64,000 bases of DNA from Felis catus (Eukaryota). The translations under genes were made by a program, and so were the position numbers. The notes below the pieces were generated by a model. That model had not been told where the DNA came from, did no database searches, and saw nothing but the letters and a program-made list of their open reading frames with translations. This document shows, in pieces, positions 38,536 through 50,461 of the stretch. The stretch is taken from NCBI RefSeq assembly GCF_018350175.1, contig NC_058368.1:237586001-237650000 (forward strand), written 5' to 3'. Each line of letters opens with the position of its first letter. The stretch's first letter is position 1.

Positions 38536-38829
38536 CCTCCCAGCATTTTAAAAGGAAAACAATTGCTTTAAGATTCCACAATCTCCTTCAACCCTATAAC
38601 CTTCTGTCTTTCAGATTTTGCCTAAAAAGGACGTTATGTTCACATTTTAGAAATGGTTTTCTTAATGTTCTCTGAAGTTACGGTCATAAAAATATAAAGA
38701 TTAGGTGGGTCATCGTCCTAAAGGAAAGATTTCAAGGTTGCGTTTTAACATACAGCAAATGCGTTTGTCATTAACTACCTTAAATCCTTTTATGGAAACG
38801 AGTGGTAGAAATGAACACCGTGCAGAGCT

Positions 38830-39060
38830 AGAAACTCGCGCACCGACTTTTCGAGGTTTCCTGCACCTTGCGTGCAGCCCAGCTGGCGGCCGCGGCTCGC
38901 CCTCCCCCCGGCCCTCCCCCCTCCCCCTCCTGGCTTGTGTTCCCGGGTCGCCGCAGCATCCCCCGACCCGCCTTGCCTCGCGGGTGGTGCCGGTGCCACC
39001 CCAGCACTGGGCGGGAGTCCCAGCGCTGGCGCTGAAGGCGGCCAGCAACCCTGCAGCTCA
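38830..39060. promoter_or_regulatory. Small CpG-island-like segment with SP/KLF/MAZ-type C-rich boxes
   Basis: ggcggccgcggctcgccctccccccggccctcccccctccccctcc; dense CpG next to an AT-rich block. Confidence 0.35.
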
Positions 39061-39344
39061 TAACAGGACATCTTTGTGGTGCTGAGTGTTTAGGAGCGCA
39101 CAGGAAATGTCGCGAAAGTTGACCAGATGGGTGAATGGCATTTCTAGACAGGATGCAGGGGGATCAGCAAAGCATCCCAGGTTCTCACTCCGGTAACAAA
39201 GGGGTCCACGGGGCACAGGAAACATTCGCTCACTCGGTGGCTCCCCTTCTGCAGGCTAAGACGGAGCGGGTAAGTCACGGGCTCGTAGGTCGCGATCCAG
39301 GAGGCTTACGCAGTAGCTCAGAGCACCACGGACGAGCAGCCGGC

Positions 39345-39555
39345 CTCGGTGGCCACGGACACAGAGTCTGGAGCCAGGCTGCTCAGGGTCCACTCCCAAG
39401 AGGCCGCAGGACCGTGGACAAGGCAGCAACCTCTCCCTGCCTCGGTTTCCCCCCTGTGAAAAGGGGCTAATGGTGGTTGTTATGGGGATCAGAGGAGCCA
39501 GATCAGGTGCCAAGAACAGGGCCCGTCACAGAGTGGGCTCGGCGGAGCTGGTCAG
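39345..39555 (+). mobile_element. MIR
   Basis: gtctggagccaggctg...aacctctccctgcctcggtttccccctgtgaaaagggg-like core...gttgttatggggatc. Confidence 0.7.
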
Positions 39556-40212
39556 TGAATCCTCTGCCGGCTGTGCAGAAATCCCGGATGTTCCCCGGAG
39601 GGGGAAAGATACAGGGCAAGACGCGGTCTGTGCCCTTGCAGATGCTGCCCATGGCTCAGCGAGAGCCCCCAGGCGTCTCAGGAGGCTGGTTCTTTCCTCG
39701 GATGCGAGTCTCACTGGAAAGATCCGAGGCGAAGCAAGTCCCAAACGTCACGTTTAGTCGGGCCTTCGTGAGTCGCGGCCACACTCCCCGAAACACCCTT
39801 GCTGTCATTATCGTTCGCTTTCTGTAGGTCTAGGAAGGGAAAAGGGAGAAACGATCTTCAGAAAAAGTCTTTGCAGATAAAAGGACAAGTTCTAGGATAA
39901 GCGTGAGCCGTTGCATCGAACAGCAGAGACGGGGTCATAGGATCCTGGAGCCGTGACCCCCGCGCAGATGGTCTTGTCGGGGCAGCGGATGGCGTGTCTG
40001 CCCCCCACCCCGCACCCCCTTGGCTGAGTGTGGCAGGGAGGGAGCAGGCAGAGACCCTGCGTCTCGTCAGCTTGGAGGGACAAGGAGTTGGTGACGGAAG
40101 GTTGTCACACGGAAGACACGCCAAGCGTCCTTCGTTAGCATGGGAAAGGCCAGAGGCGGCGAATCATAGGGAGGCGCACTCCCACATCGCCCTTTAGAAA
40201 ACGCATTTTTTC

Positions 40213-40411
40213 AGGGCGCCTGGGTGGCCCAGTCGGTTCAGACTCCAAATCTTGATCTCGGCTCAGGTCACGCTCTCACAGCTCGTGGGCCCGAGCCCAG
40301 CATCAGGCACTCTCAGAGAGGAGCCTGCTTGGGATTCTCTCCCTCTCCCTCTCTCTCTGCCCCTCCCCCACTGGTGCTCTCTCTCAAAATAAATAAATAA
40401 ACTTTAAAAAA
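40213..40411 (+). mobile_element. Can-SINE, older subfamily
   Basis: agggcgcctgggtggcccagtcggtt...ggagcctgcttgggattctct, (CT)n, aaaataaataaataaac. Confidence 0.92.
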
Positions 40412-41498
40412 GGTGATTCTAAACCATACACTTTCCTTTTATTTTAATGGAGACGGAAAAATTCATGCAAATCTACACTTGTTTACATGATTGCATGTCA
40501 TGATAATACATGTTAATGCCTCCAAGGGATGTAAACTATTTATAAACATTTTGATCTCTGTAGTGCTGTCTACCAATGCGATAAAATAAAACGTTAGCGT
40601 CACAGAAGCAATATTTTGGTGCGGAGCTAAAGAGAACGAACCCCGTTCGGATGCTGATAACTCGTCATGATGTAGAGCAAGGCCCAGACTGGCCTGAGTT
40701 GACACAACTTGGGTCCCGGCCGGCTGTGTAGTCGTGGGCATGCTGCTGGCTTCCTGGTCGCCTCATCCGCGGCCCTGACCCAATATGCCACCCCCACCGT
40801 GTGATTCCTGAAGATTCCTCCCCTTCACAGCCTCGGCCGGACTTCAGTTGGAGAGCTCACGTCACTTTGTAAATTTTCCTTTCACCTCTACACATTTAAA
40901 AAACAGTCAACAGCAGGCGTGAATGGAACCTCGATGACTTGGTTAGGTTCCTGAAAATTGTTTTAATTTGGCAAGCTAAAATTCAGAAAAGAAGTAAAGT
41001 TTGTAAATTTGCAAGGACTGAAGGAATCCGTACTTAAAAGCTTAAAATGCTTGTTGAGTAATTTCCTCCCTGAGAGACTCACTTTCACAGGAAATCAAGT
41101 GGTCTTGGAAACACAGAGACTGTAATGTGCTTCGGGAGGGCAAGAGATTTCCCTAAATATCAGCTGTATCTGTGTAACCGCAGAGTCACCGCTGAACGCG
41201 ACAGGTGCCCCTGCTGACGATAAGGTCCCAGGGAGTCTAGAAGCATGGGTTCGTCTTCAATGGTTCAGAGCTCAGTGGGATTTTTCTCACGGTTTTTCGT
41301 GTGTTTTTGTGCGTGGGGCTGGAAGTAAACATGGATTTTGTTGGATAGAGTGCTTAAGAGGATCCAGAGGAATTCAGAAGTTGTAGTTAACTTGGAATTG
41401 CAGAAGATCTAACACAGGACAGACATCACTCAGCCCACACATGTTATGAGGCTAAATTCTTCATTCACAGAAGTGTGAGTCCAAAGATTTCTGGTATT

Positions 41499-41718
41499 TT
41501 TTTAAAACTTTTTTTAATGTTTATTTATTTTTGAAGGAGAGAGAGACAGAGTGTGAGTGGGGGAGGGGCAGAGAGAGAGGGAGACACAGAATCCGAAACA
41601 GGCTCCAGGCTCCGAGCCGTCAGCACAGAGCCCGATGCGGGGCTCGAACTCACGAACCAAGAGATCATGCCCTGAGCCGAAGTCGGACTCTCAACTGACT
41701 GAGTCACCCAGGCACCCC
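41499..41718 (-). mobile_element. Can-SINE (SINEC_Fc-like)
   Basis: Full antisense SINE; TSD aaagatttctggtatt 41483-41498 / aaagatttctggcatt 41720-41735. Confidence 0.97.
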
Positions 41719-42712
41719 TAAAGATTTCTGGCATTGACATTAGTTGGTAGAGAAGCAACACCGTGACCTAAAAGGTGAGGGTGCCCCTGGGGAGCTGGGG
41801 TCCAGACCCGGGCTCTAGCCTGAGCTGTGTTCCTTCTGGACCCTGCACCCCCAGAGCTGGGTTCTGACCGGTACTGTTGAGAGACGTGGCTGGCTATTTC
41901 TCAGCGGTTCTCTTGAGCAACCCGGCTTACTCAGCAGTTCCCTACTGATCGCCTCCTGTGCAGCAGGACAGGGGGCACACAGCGGTAGATGGCACGGCTC
42001 TGGTCCGGCTCACTTGAGTGTGACACCCAGTCACCAGCAGCCCCGTGGGCTCACGAGGATGCTTCTCAGCCACCACGGCCAAGTCACAACGAGAGGAGCC
42101 TTTACACGCATGACGTTTCTACCGTTGTTTTCTGGTTTTAAGGGAGATGATCCCATGTTTTCTAGTCATCCATGTCAAGAGTCGGTAGAGCACACAGTGT
42201 GCACTTCTGAGCGGGACGGCACATCCAGTTGGTTTCGATTTTTCCGTCAGTTCTTCGGAATATACTTTAGAAGATGTTGGTATTGCAGAATTATTACATT
42301 TTTAGCACTTTGTATCGATGGCATTATTCAAGACAACCGGCAAATTTCTCTATTTTATTATATACGATGTAAGAATTGTTAGCCCTCTATCCATCCCACC
42401 AGGTTTATAACTAATTTCTGGTCAATTTCCTTAATGCCTCCTCTTTTTGCTGAGCTGCCGTCATCATGAAATTTCTCCGTACCTTGACTCCAGGGACGTC
42501 TCTGAGGGGTTTTCAGGGCTGGGTGCGTGTGTGGCATTTGGGACTGTGCGTCCATTTACCCAAATGCCTGTTTGGGTCTGAACAGACTCTTTGGGACTAC
42601 TTTTTAGCCCCCAAATTGAAGGCTTTGCTGTATTTCCTTCTGGCATTCAGGTTAGAGATACAAAGTCTGAGCGAGGGAAGGTCGATGCTGTCCATCAGAA
42701 AAGAACAGTGTG

Positions 42713-42935
42713 GGGGGAGCCTGGGGGGCTCAGTCGGTTGAGAGTCCGACTTCAGCTCAGGTCATGATCTCGCGGTTTGTGAGTTCGAGCCCCACGTCGG
42801 GCTCTGTGCTGACGGCTCGGAGCCTGGGGCCTGCTTCGGATTCTGTGTCTCCCTCTCTCTCTCTGCCCCTAACGCACTCACATTCTGTCTCTGTCTCTCC
42901 TTCAAAAATAAACATTAATTTTTTGTTTTTTAAAA
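42713..42935 (+). mobile_element. Can-SINE (SINEC_Fc-like)
   Basis: A and B boxes (ggctcagtcggtt, gagttcgagccc); TSD agaaaagaacagtgtg 42697-42712 / agaaaaggacagtgtg 42936-42951. Confidence 0.97.
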
Positions 42936-43179
42936 AGAAAAGGACAGTGTGCACTGTCTTATTTTTCTTTCTGGGAAAACTGTAGCAGTGCCCCACCCCC
43001 CTTATTCTCGAAAAGGGATGGTCGGGGACTAAGCAACGGAGTTCTCTGTTCCTGGGTTGGTGATTGCAATGATCTTACAATCTGCACGCTTTGGGCTTCT
43101 GTTCACGACGAGGGTGGTTTTGTTTGTTTTTCCTCTCCTGGTTGTTTCTACTGTCTGTCCTCTTCTCTCTTCTTTGTTG

Positions 43180-43610
43180 GGTCAGTTGGGGACATATTGG
43201 CCACATATAACTGACAACGCATCTAAACGAGGCTTAAGAAACAGGGTTTTGTGTGTCTCCCACGGCAGGTGTAGGGTGGTGGCTTGGGTGCTCTAGTAAT
43301 GACTTTACCTCCAGGCACAAGGAGCACCGTGCCCGGAGAACCCACCCCTGCCCTCTTCCCTTGGGTGCCTCCCCTTGTGTGAGAGGCTGCACGCACACGG
43401 CCCAGGAGTTCCTGCTCAGAAAGTTCTCAGCCACTTCAGTAGCCCGTGTGGGCTCTCCCGGGTCTCCTCTGCTCCCGAGCTGGCCACGCTGGTGCACAGG
43501 GTGCTCAAGGGATGGCTGTTGGATAGACCACATCTCAAGCTCGGAGGTGCAAGCTGGCATAGTCTTGTGTGTGTGGACAGACCCACAGGGTGACAGGGGG
43601 CAGAACGGGC
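43180..43610 (-). mobile_element. Old MaLR LTR (MLT1J/K-like)
   Basis: gtcagttggggacatattggccacatataac...aaacgaggcttaagaaacagggtttt resembles the antisense MLT1 terminus; far boundary uncertain. Confidence 0.5.
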
Positions 43611-43795
43611 TGTGAGCCATGCCAGGGCCCCAGGGAGCCACCAGGCTCTGCCACAGCCTTCTAAACTTGAACCTGAACTTCCCATCGGTTACAGGGGTGT
43701 GTTGGTCAGGGCAGGAGGATAAACTTGTCTCATTTCTTTTCGAGCGTGTTGGCTCAGTTGGTAACCTCGCATATTTAGACACGAGGTCTGGAGAG

Positions 43796-43978
43796 CGTGT
43801 TGTGCTAGGCGGGCTCGTTCTGGCTGGGCAGGAACCGAGAGTTCCCTTCTTGGGTGTTCTGTGAACCATCGGCTGCTGGAGATTGGCCAGGAGCATTTAC
43901 ACCAGAGAAACTGGCAGGCGGCAGAAATCAGGCGTTCTCCCCGACAGCCGTCGTTACACGCACGGTGGCACAGCACGG
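43796..43978 (+). mobile_element. MER63A-like hAT-Blackjack DNA transposon fossil
   Basis: gtgttgtgctaggcgggctcgttctggct...ggagcatttacaccagagaaactggc...aaatcagg...agccgtcgttacac...gcacagcac. Confidence 0.65.
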
Positions 43979-44627
43979 CCCCAGTGGCCCCATTCAGACT
44001 GTCCCTCCAGCTGTGAGTCCAGCGCTGGCCTGCCAGGTGCGCCGCTACCCTGGCCTTGCCCTCACCTTGGAGTCACAGCAGGGCTACTGCAACCTCTTCC
44101 GGGCAAGGAGAGCACAGTGTCACCCCGGACCCCCAGCCTCCCTGTGGACCTCCACCTTTGTTTCACTGCCGTGCGACATGTCCGCGTCAGCCGCGGGGGG
44201 CGCTCCGAGCTCCAGCCTTGATCTGTCCCCCTGGCATGTGAGAAGGGGCTTAGGAGGCGAGAGGAATGGGCTGGGTCACACGTGGACACCGGATGCAAGG
44301 ACGTTCCTTCTCTTCCCACTCATGTGGATTTGGGGGAGAGTGGCTCCGGGAACTGAGTGGAAATGGAAGGGAACCAGCAGCATCCGTCGTGTGTCCACTG
44401 TCCCTCCTGAGAAGGACATGCAGGGATGTCCTTCTTGAGAACATGCAGGGATGGCCAGAAGTAGGGTTGTGCACAGGGCTCAAGGGGACACGTGTCTCTG
44501 CAGAGGCTGCCTCTGGGTGCTTTTCCACCTCCTGCTTCCAGTCGGTGGCAAAGTCCCAGCGCGCCCAGGTCGTCCCGGAGCTTCGTGCTACGCTCCACAG
44601 TTTATAATAAGAAGTTTATAACCTTGT

Positions 44628-45273
44628 GACTTTCATGAAATGTGTATTCTAGTGAGCATACAGTGTCGTCTTGATGGCAGGAGAACACCTGGTGAATCAT
44701 CACTTACATACGACACCCAGTGCTCATCCCAACAGGTGCCCTCCTCGACGCCCATCCCCTCCCTCCTCCCCTCCAGCAACCCTCAGTCTGTTCTCTGTAT
44801 TTAAGAATTTCTTATGGTTTGCCTCCTTCTTTGTTTTTATCTTATTTCTCCTTCCTTCCCCTATGTTCATCTGCTGAGTTCCTCAGATTCCACATCTGAG
44901 TGAGATCATATGATATTTGTCTTTCGCTGATTTATTTCACTTAGCACAATACCCTCCAGTTCCACGTTGGTGCAAATGGCAAGATTTCATTGTTTTCATC
45001 ACTGAGCAGTATTTTATTGTATATATAAACCACATCTTCTTTATCCATTCATCAGTCATTGGACATTTGGGCTCTCTTCACAATTTGGCTGCTGTGGATA
45101 GCGCTGCCACAAACACCGGGCCGCATGGCCCCCTTCGTATCAACACTCCTGGTTCCTTTGGATAAATTCCTAGTAGTGCAATTGCTGGGTCGTAGGGTAG
45201 CTGTATTTTCAACTTTTTGAGGAAACTCTGTTCTGTTTTCCAGAGTGGCTGCACCAGTTTGCATTCCCACCAA
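44628..45273 (-). mobile_element. Carnivore L1 3' end including decayed ORF2 C-terminus
   Basis: Minus strand translates WWECKLVQPLWKT..FLKKLKIQLPYDPAIALLGIYPK, the L1 ORF2 C-terminal motif; 3'UTR follows; TSD aagtttataaccttgt 44612-44627 / aagtttataactttat 45274-45289. Confidence 0.93.
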
Positions 45274-46970
45274 AAGTTTATAACTTTATAATTTGGTCTC
45301 TGTTACTAGCAATAAAAACTATTTTGCTTAACCATTTTTTAATGAAGTAGACTTTGATTGTCTTTTTGTAGAATAATTTAACTCATAAATACCTGAAATT
45401 TGTCTAAAATTGCTTTACTGAGTTAACATTTTTCACTCTATCCTAAAGAAGGAAGCATAAAAAATAACTAAAAGCATCATACAGAATCATAAAAGCAAGA
45501 TGAGGATTCGCTACCTCTGAAAAAAATTGTCAAATTCCCAGGACTTTCCAGGAGTGCCTTGAAATATTTTGTACTGGATATTTTCCAGTGTACTGGAAAA
45601 ATAGAGGAAAACTATACATTTTCTGTATTTAAGACTAAGACCGGGAGGGAAATTGAGAGAACATCATCTCTGCCTCTGGGCAAGACTGTCCAGAATCCTG
45701 AAATGCGGTGCTTGATAGACGCACTGACATCATGCCCCATGGCCCACTCGTAGGGCTACAAGTCAGAGTTTCCATATTTAGGAAGACTGACATCTCGTCT
45801 AGGTTTGCAATAACGTATCCCGACCTAACCCCGTGATGGTTCTACTGCTAAAAGGCCGCGTGGCACACTTTCCAATCACCATACGTTAAAATTAATGGTT
45901 GTCTTTTGAGGGAATCCTGGGTGGGTTCTTCAGATAGCAATGTCGCTCTGGCCAGGGGCTGTCGGGGATGCGGAAGGTGGGACCCTGGTGGGACTCCACA
46001 ATTTATGTCTTGGGCTCCTGGAGTAAGATTACTCCAGTAATCTGGGAAAGATGATCGGTCTGGAAGACAAACGAGGGGGAGAACTTTGATCGGTGACGTG
46101 GTCTAATAAGGAAGAGCCTGCCTAATCAGGATAGCTCTGTGTGGGCTGGCGTATTTCTACAAGTCAATCCTGAGGGCAGACTCTAAAAAATACTGTGTTG
46201 GAAGGACCGGTAGATAAAATTCTTGTGCTGCTTAATTATAGCCCGTGATGTAGTTAGAGGGAGCTGGATATGTACCAATGATAAGTTAGACAAAAAGAAT
46301 AGAAGAAACAGAGCCCAAGTTTCAGCTTTTAGGAGAGTCCTAAATAGACGAACAAAACCAATCTCTGACGCACTGTCGTAATCGTTTCGGTGAGGAAGGG
46401 ACTTGCGTATCAGTTTGCGAAGGGCCTCCCTCACCCCTCAGTGTGGACAAGCCCAAACCTACCACTTCCAGCAACTGCCTTAACTACAGACATGCTGATG
46501 TTACCGGGGACGAAGAGTGTGTTGGCCACGCTCCATACTTGAATTCCACGTGGGCCTGTGTGCTTCATTTCAGGCTGGCTGTGCAGGCACTTTTTGTTTT
46601 GTTTTGTTTAATATCCTAAACAAAGAGGTATAGATAGGTGTACATAAAGAGTGGGTGGTCTTAAATTCACCGAGGTAGAAATTTAACATGGGTTCCAAGG
46701 AGATGAACTTCTTCCAAAGCAGAAGGCTTTCCAAATAACTTACGTCAGGGGAGAGAGTATAATTACCTAATTATGCAATGCAAGTCACTTTGTTTTTAGA
46801 GAGGTAAACCAGAAGCACAAAGACTTTTTTATGTGGAACAGAGTGTGATGGGGCAGAAGATGAATGTGTGTATTACACTGTTGGTGTTTGCAACCCATGT
46901 TTCCTTGGAGAGGCCAACCCCAAAGGCATGGACCTGGTTGGACAAATTTCAAAAGAGCTTGGGTATTCAC

Positions 46971-47473
46971 TGCGGCAGATTCAACTTGGCCACTGATCCC
47001 TTGCCCACCGCCCACTGAAAGGTGGCATCGAACCCCCTCCCCTGGATCACAGGCTGTCTCAGTGTCTGCTTTGACCAACAGAATGTAGCAGAAGTCACTT
47101 GACCTGGCAGCTTCCACCTTCTGTGTCTTGGTACGTTTCTGAGGAAGGCTCAAACCATCACAGAATAGGCTGAGACTGCCTTCCCGGAGACACCATGTGT
47201 AAAATCCTGGGTGACAGTCCCAGCCAGGTCCAGCTGTGCAGCCATGCCCACTGAGATAGGAGGTTTGTGAGGGAAGTTCTCTTGGGCCTTCCAGACCAGC
47301 CGGTCTGCCAGGTGAACACCACCGGGTCACCTTAACAAGATATGGAACAGAAACACAGCCCAGCTGAGCCCTGCCCAGTGTCCTGACCATGACACTATGC
47401 CATACAATAAATTGGTTGTTGGAAGCTGTTCAACGCGGAGTCATTTCTTACATAGCAGCACATCCCTGGAATA
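46971..47473 (+). mobile_element. MaLR solo LTR (MLT1G/H-like)
   Basis: ctgctttgaccaacagaatgtagcagaagt...cccagctgagccctgcccagtgtcctgacc...aataaattggttgttggaagc...ttacatagcag. Confidence 0.8.
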
Positions 47474-47654
47474 CTCATCAAATAGGCCACTTTCAGGATT
47501 TTAATTACTTCTCTGTGTTTAGCATGGTATTTCTTATGCTCTATTTTATAAACGAAACATGACCAGTCAGGACCCTTAGACGTACCCTCCTCTGCGTACA
47601 GATGATATGCAAGGTCATCCTGAAAATTACAGAGTGCTGTTTGTATGATGTTCT

Positions 47655-47790
47655 AGCACCTTTGTGATCTTGGGGAAAATGTGAAGTTCTTTTCAGTTGA
47701 TTCGTGTGTACAGGGGAGATGAGTAATTTCTACCCACAGGGTTGCTGGAGGGATTACGTGGGATAATGTTTGCAAAATGCCTGGCATCTT
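47655..47790 (+). mobile_element. MIR fragment
   Basis: tgtgatcttggggaa...ctacccacagggttgctggagggattacgtgggataatgtttgcaaaatgcctggca. Confidence 0.65.
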
Positions 47791-48274
47791 AAAAAGCCAA
47801 ATATTTGGGGAAAGAAATATTACAGAAAGTATTTCTCTAGGAATTCTTTCCCAATATCAATAATGCTACTACTTACATAGTGGATGCTTTAATTTTTGTG
47901 AATAATAAAGTTTTGGATTATTATGTAGTATTTTTTCAAGCATTTATATAAATAAAAAGCCCATTTTTATTAACACTTTTCAAAACCTTCAGCAGGGTTC
48001 ACGTCACATTACTACTCACATTAATATCAGTGAAGATCATATAATAATTAATAGAAGAAAGATGTCAATGCCCAGGTCATTTATGTGCTCCCTCATTGAG
48101 TCAATTATATTTTACATACAAAAAAATGACAATTGATTGCAATCATTTAGAAGTCTCTATATGATTACCAGATAACCATAGAGTAAATGATCACTCTGCT
48201 TGAAAAAGGTTGTAAAAAAAAAATATTTGGGCATCAGAATTGTTATGGGTTCCTTCATTTGTGTCCTTTGTACC

Positions 48275-48310
48275 GAGACTTGACTCAAGTGCGGAGACTT
48301 GACTCAAGTG
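48275..48310. repeat. Tandem duplication of gagacttgactcaagtg (17 nt x2)
   Basis: Identical copies at 48275-48291 and 48294-48310. Confidence 0.95.
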
Positions 48311-49142
48311 TAGAGCAGGACGTGACTTCAGGCACACCTGCCTTCCTCAAGTAAGAATGTGGAGTCTCAGGAAGGCGATCTCTGGTTTAAGAGCAGGGCT
48401 GGCAGAGCACATTCACCCTCTCCGAGAACTCTGTGTCGAACCACTGAAAAATAGAAGAGGGAGAGACCGTGAAGAAGATTCTGGAAGGAAAAAAAAAAAG
48501 CAGGAGAAAAGCACTAAACAGCTGTGTCCTGCAGACCATTTCAGGAGGCGGTAGGTCATCAGCCAGGGCACCACCAGAGACGGGATCAGGGAGGGGCTTG
48601 GTGGGGTGGGAACGTGCCTTTCTCCAAGGAGGAATGTCTGACTACCAGGAAGAGAAGAGGGCAGCGTGGGCACGAGAGGGACTGACCCCGTCTAGTCTCT
48701 TCGAGAAGGTTGACCATGAAGGGAAGGAGGCGGGTAGATGCTTTTACTGGGTTGAGGGAGGTCTGGCATGTTTATTGGCCCAAGTAAAAGGCTGGAAGGA
48801 AGATGGGCGTGGTAAGGAGGCAGGTGGGTGACAGTGAACTCATGGGAAGGGGCAGGGCCTCTGGGGGGCTTGCCAGAAGGCCAACAGGGCTGTCGGCTCC
48901 TCGGAGCTGCCATGTCACATCATCTCCTGGGGTTCCTCGGTGAGGGGGTGCCCAGTTCTCCCTCAACTCCAGCCTGCACGACCCAGAGATCCCACCAAAC
49001 CATCCCTTTGATGAGACGTTCTTCCTCTTTCACCTGTGAAACTGACACCACGCAGAAAGTTCCCTTAGAAGATAGGACCGCATTGCTGTCGGGCTCCTCT
49101 GTGTTTCCTAGGAAGGCAAGACTTAGGAGAAGACGCTCTATA

Positions 49143-49200
49143 TCTCATCACCTTACTGTGTGTTCTTCCTTCTCTCATCACCTTACTGTGTTCTTCCTTC
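49143..49200. repeat. Tandem duplication of a ~29-nt pyrimidine-rich unit
   Basis: tctcatcaccttactgtg(tg)ttcttccttc at 49143-49172 and 49173-49200. Confidence 0.95.
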
Positions 49201-49469
49201 TCCAGACACCTGTACTAAAAGGTCAAGGTCATACAAAACAGGTAGGTACCATGGTCCCTTCTCTCCATGACTTTTCCCCCTTTGACAGAGAAGCAACACT
49301 TTTGCACGATAAGCATTCAGTAGGACATGGGGATGTATGATTGCGGCCAGGCAGGATGGAGTAAGGGGTACGATCTGCAGAACCCCAGAGAGGGGCCCAG
49401 GACAGGTGTGGACACGGTGGGGCAGGGGCCCTGGACAGTCGAGACTGGAGGCTGTCCCCTGCCTCATTG

Positions 49470-49592
49470 TAGTCTCTGTCCCTGGCTTGCTGGGTGACCA
49501 GGACAATCAAGAATCTCTACTGTTTGGTTGTCTTACGGGCAAAATGAAATTAGGCCAGAACCCCCAGATAGGTTTCTAAGTTTCTAAGATTG
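49470..49592 (+). mobile_element. Decayed MIR/MIR3 fragment overlapping the left arm of the inverted repeat
   Basis: ctctgtccctggcttgctgggtgaccaggacaa...caaaatga...tttctaagatt follows the MIR core plus MIR3-like tail. Confidence 0.45.
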
Positions 49593-49661
49593 TTTCTACC
49601 TTAGGAATTCTATAAAGTCACAAGGATTTTAACAATTAGTTGGTAATCAGTTTCACAGCAA
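49506..49661 (+). repeat. Inverted duplication, left arm (156 bp)
   Basis: Reverse complement matches 50462-50613 with 4 substitutions and one 4-nt indel. Confidence 0.97.
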
Positions 49662-49865
49662 GTCAATGTTTTACGAAATTTCATGTTTCATTTTGAGATT
49701 TAAAGATGCTGAATCCTCCCCCAAATAAAGAAATTTTATAGCATTTTTAAAATTAAGTAAAAATAAAGTAACACTGAACCCATGCGATACTCGTGCTGTT
49801 GTTGGGCACTATACAATCTGATCATGTTTGCTTGAAATCTTTGATGAGTTGTAATAAATCTGAAG

Positions 49866-50050
49866 GATATTTATCGAGCCACATACTAGGGACTAGACAC
49901 TGTCCTAAGCGCTTTTTGTATGTTGGCTGATTTAATCCTCAAGACAAATCTTTAATTGGGTGCGGGCATTTTGACACAGGTGGAGACGCCTAAATCATTT
50001 TCCCAGGGACATACGGTGAGACCCAGAGAGCCGGGCTCAGGCATCTTTGT
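49866..50050 (-). mobile_element. MIR
   Basis: atatttatcgagcc...agacactgtcctaagcgcttt...atttaatcctca...cattttgacacaggtggagac. Confidence 0.7.
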
Positions 50051-50173
50051 CGCCATACAAAGTACATTTTACCTCAGGATTTCATCCTTTTTCAATGACT
50101 TCTGAATTTGATTCTTAGATTTGTAAATCTGTGTCTTGTGGTTGTAGGTTAGTTGGAACGTATCATCAGTCAA

Positions 50174-50385
50174 TTATTTTATTTTTTCAGTTTTTACTTA
50201 AATTCCAGTTAGTTGACCTCCAGTGTAACATTAGTTTCAGCTGTACGGTGTAGAGGTTCAGAACCCCCCTCAGCCACCGCCCCTCTGGTGACCATCAGTG
50301 TGTTCTCTGTAGTTAAGAGTCTGTTTCCGGTCTACCCCCCCCTCTCTCTTTTTTCCCTTGCTCGTTTGTTTTGTGTCCTAAACCA
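50174..50385 (-). mobile_element. Carnivore L1 (L1_Carn-like) 3'UTR stub with internal deletion
   Basis: ttaaattccagttagttgac...ttagtttcag...cccctctggtgaccatcagtgtgttctctgtagttaagagtctgtttc. Confidence 0.85.
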
Positions 50386-50461
50386 TAAACTCAGCGTCAT
50401 GCAAGTCAGAGGTGAGCTTTAATCGGTGAAAATAGCGTGCTGTTTAATCGGTGAAAACAAT

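Noticed and set aside
39316..39342. REST/RE1-like agcaccacggac
   Set aside because: The core matches but both flanks deviate at key positions (no TTC before, GA instead of AG after)
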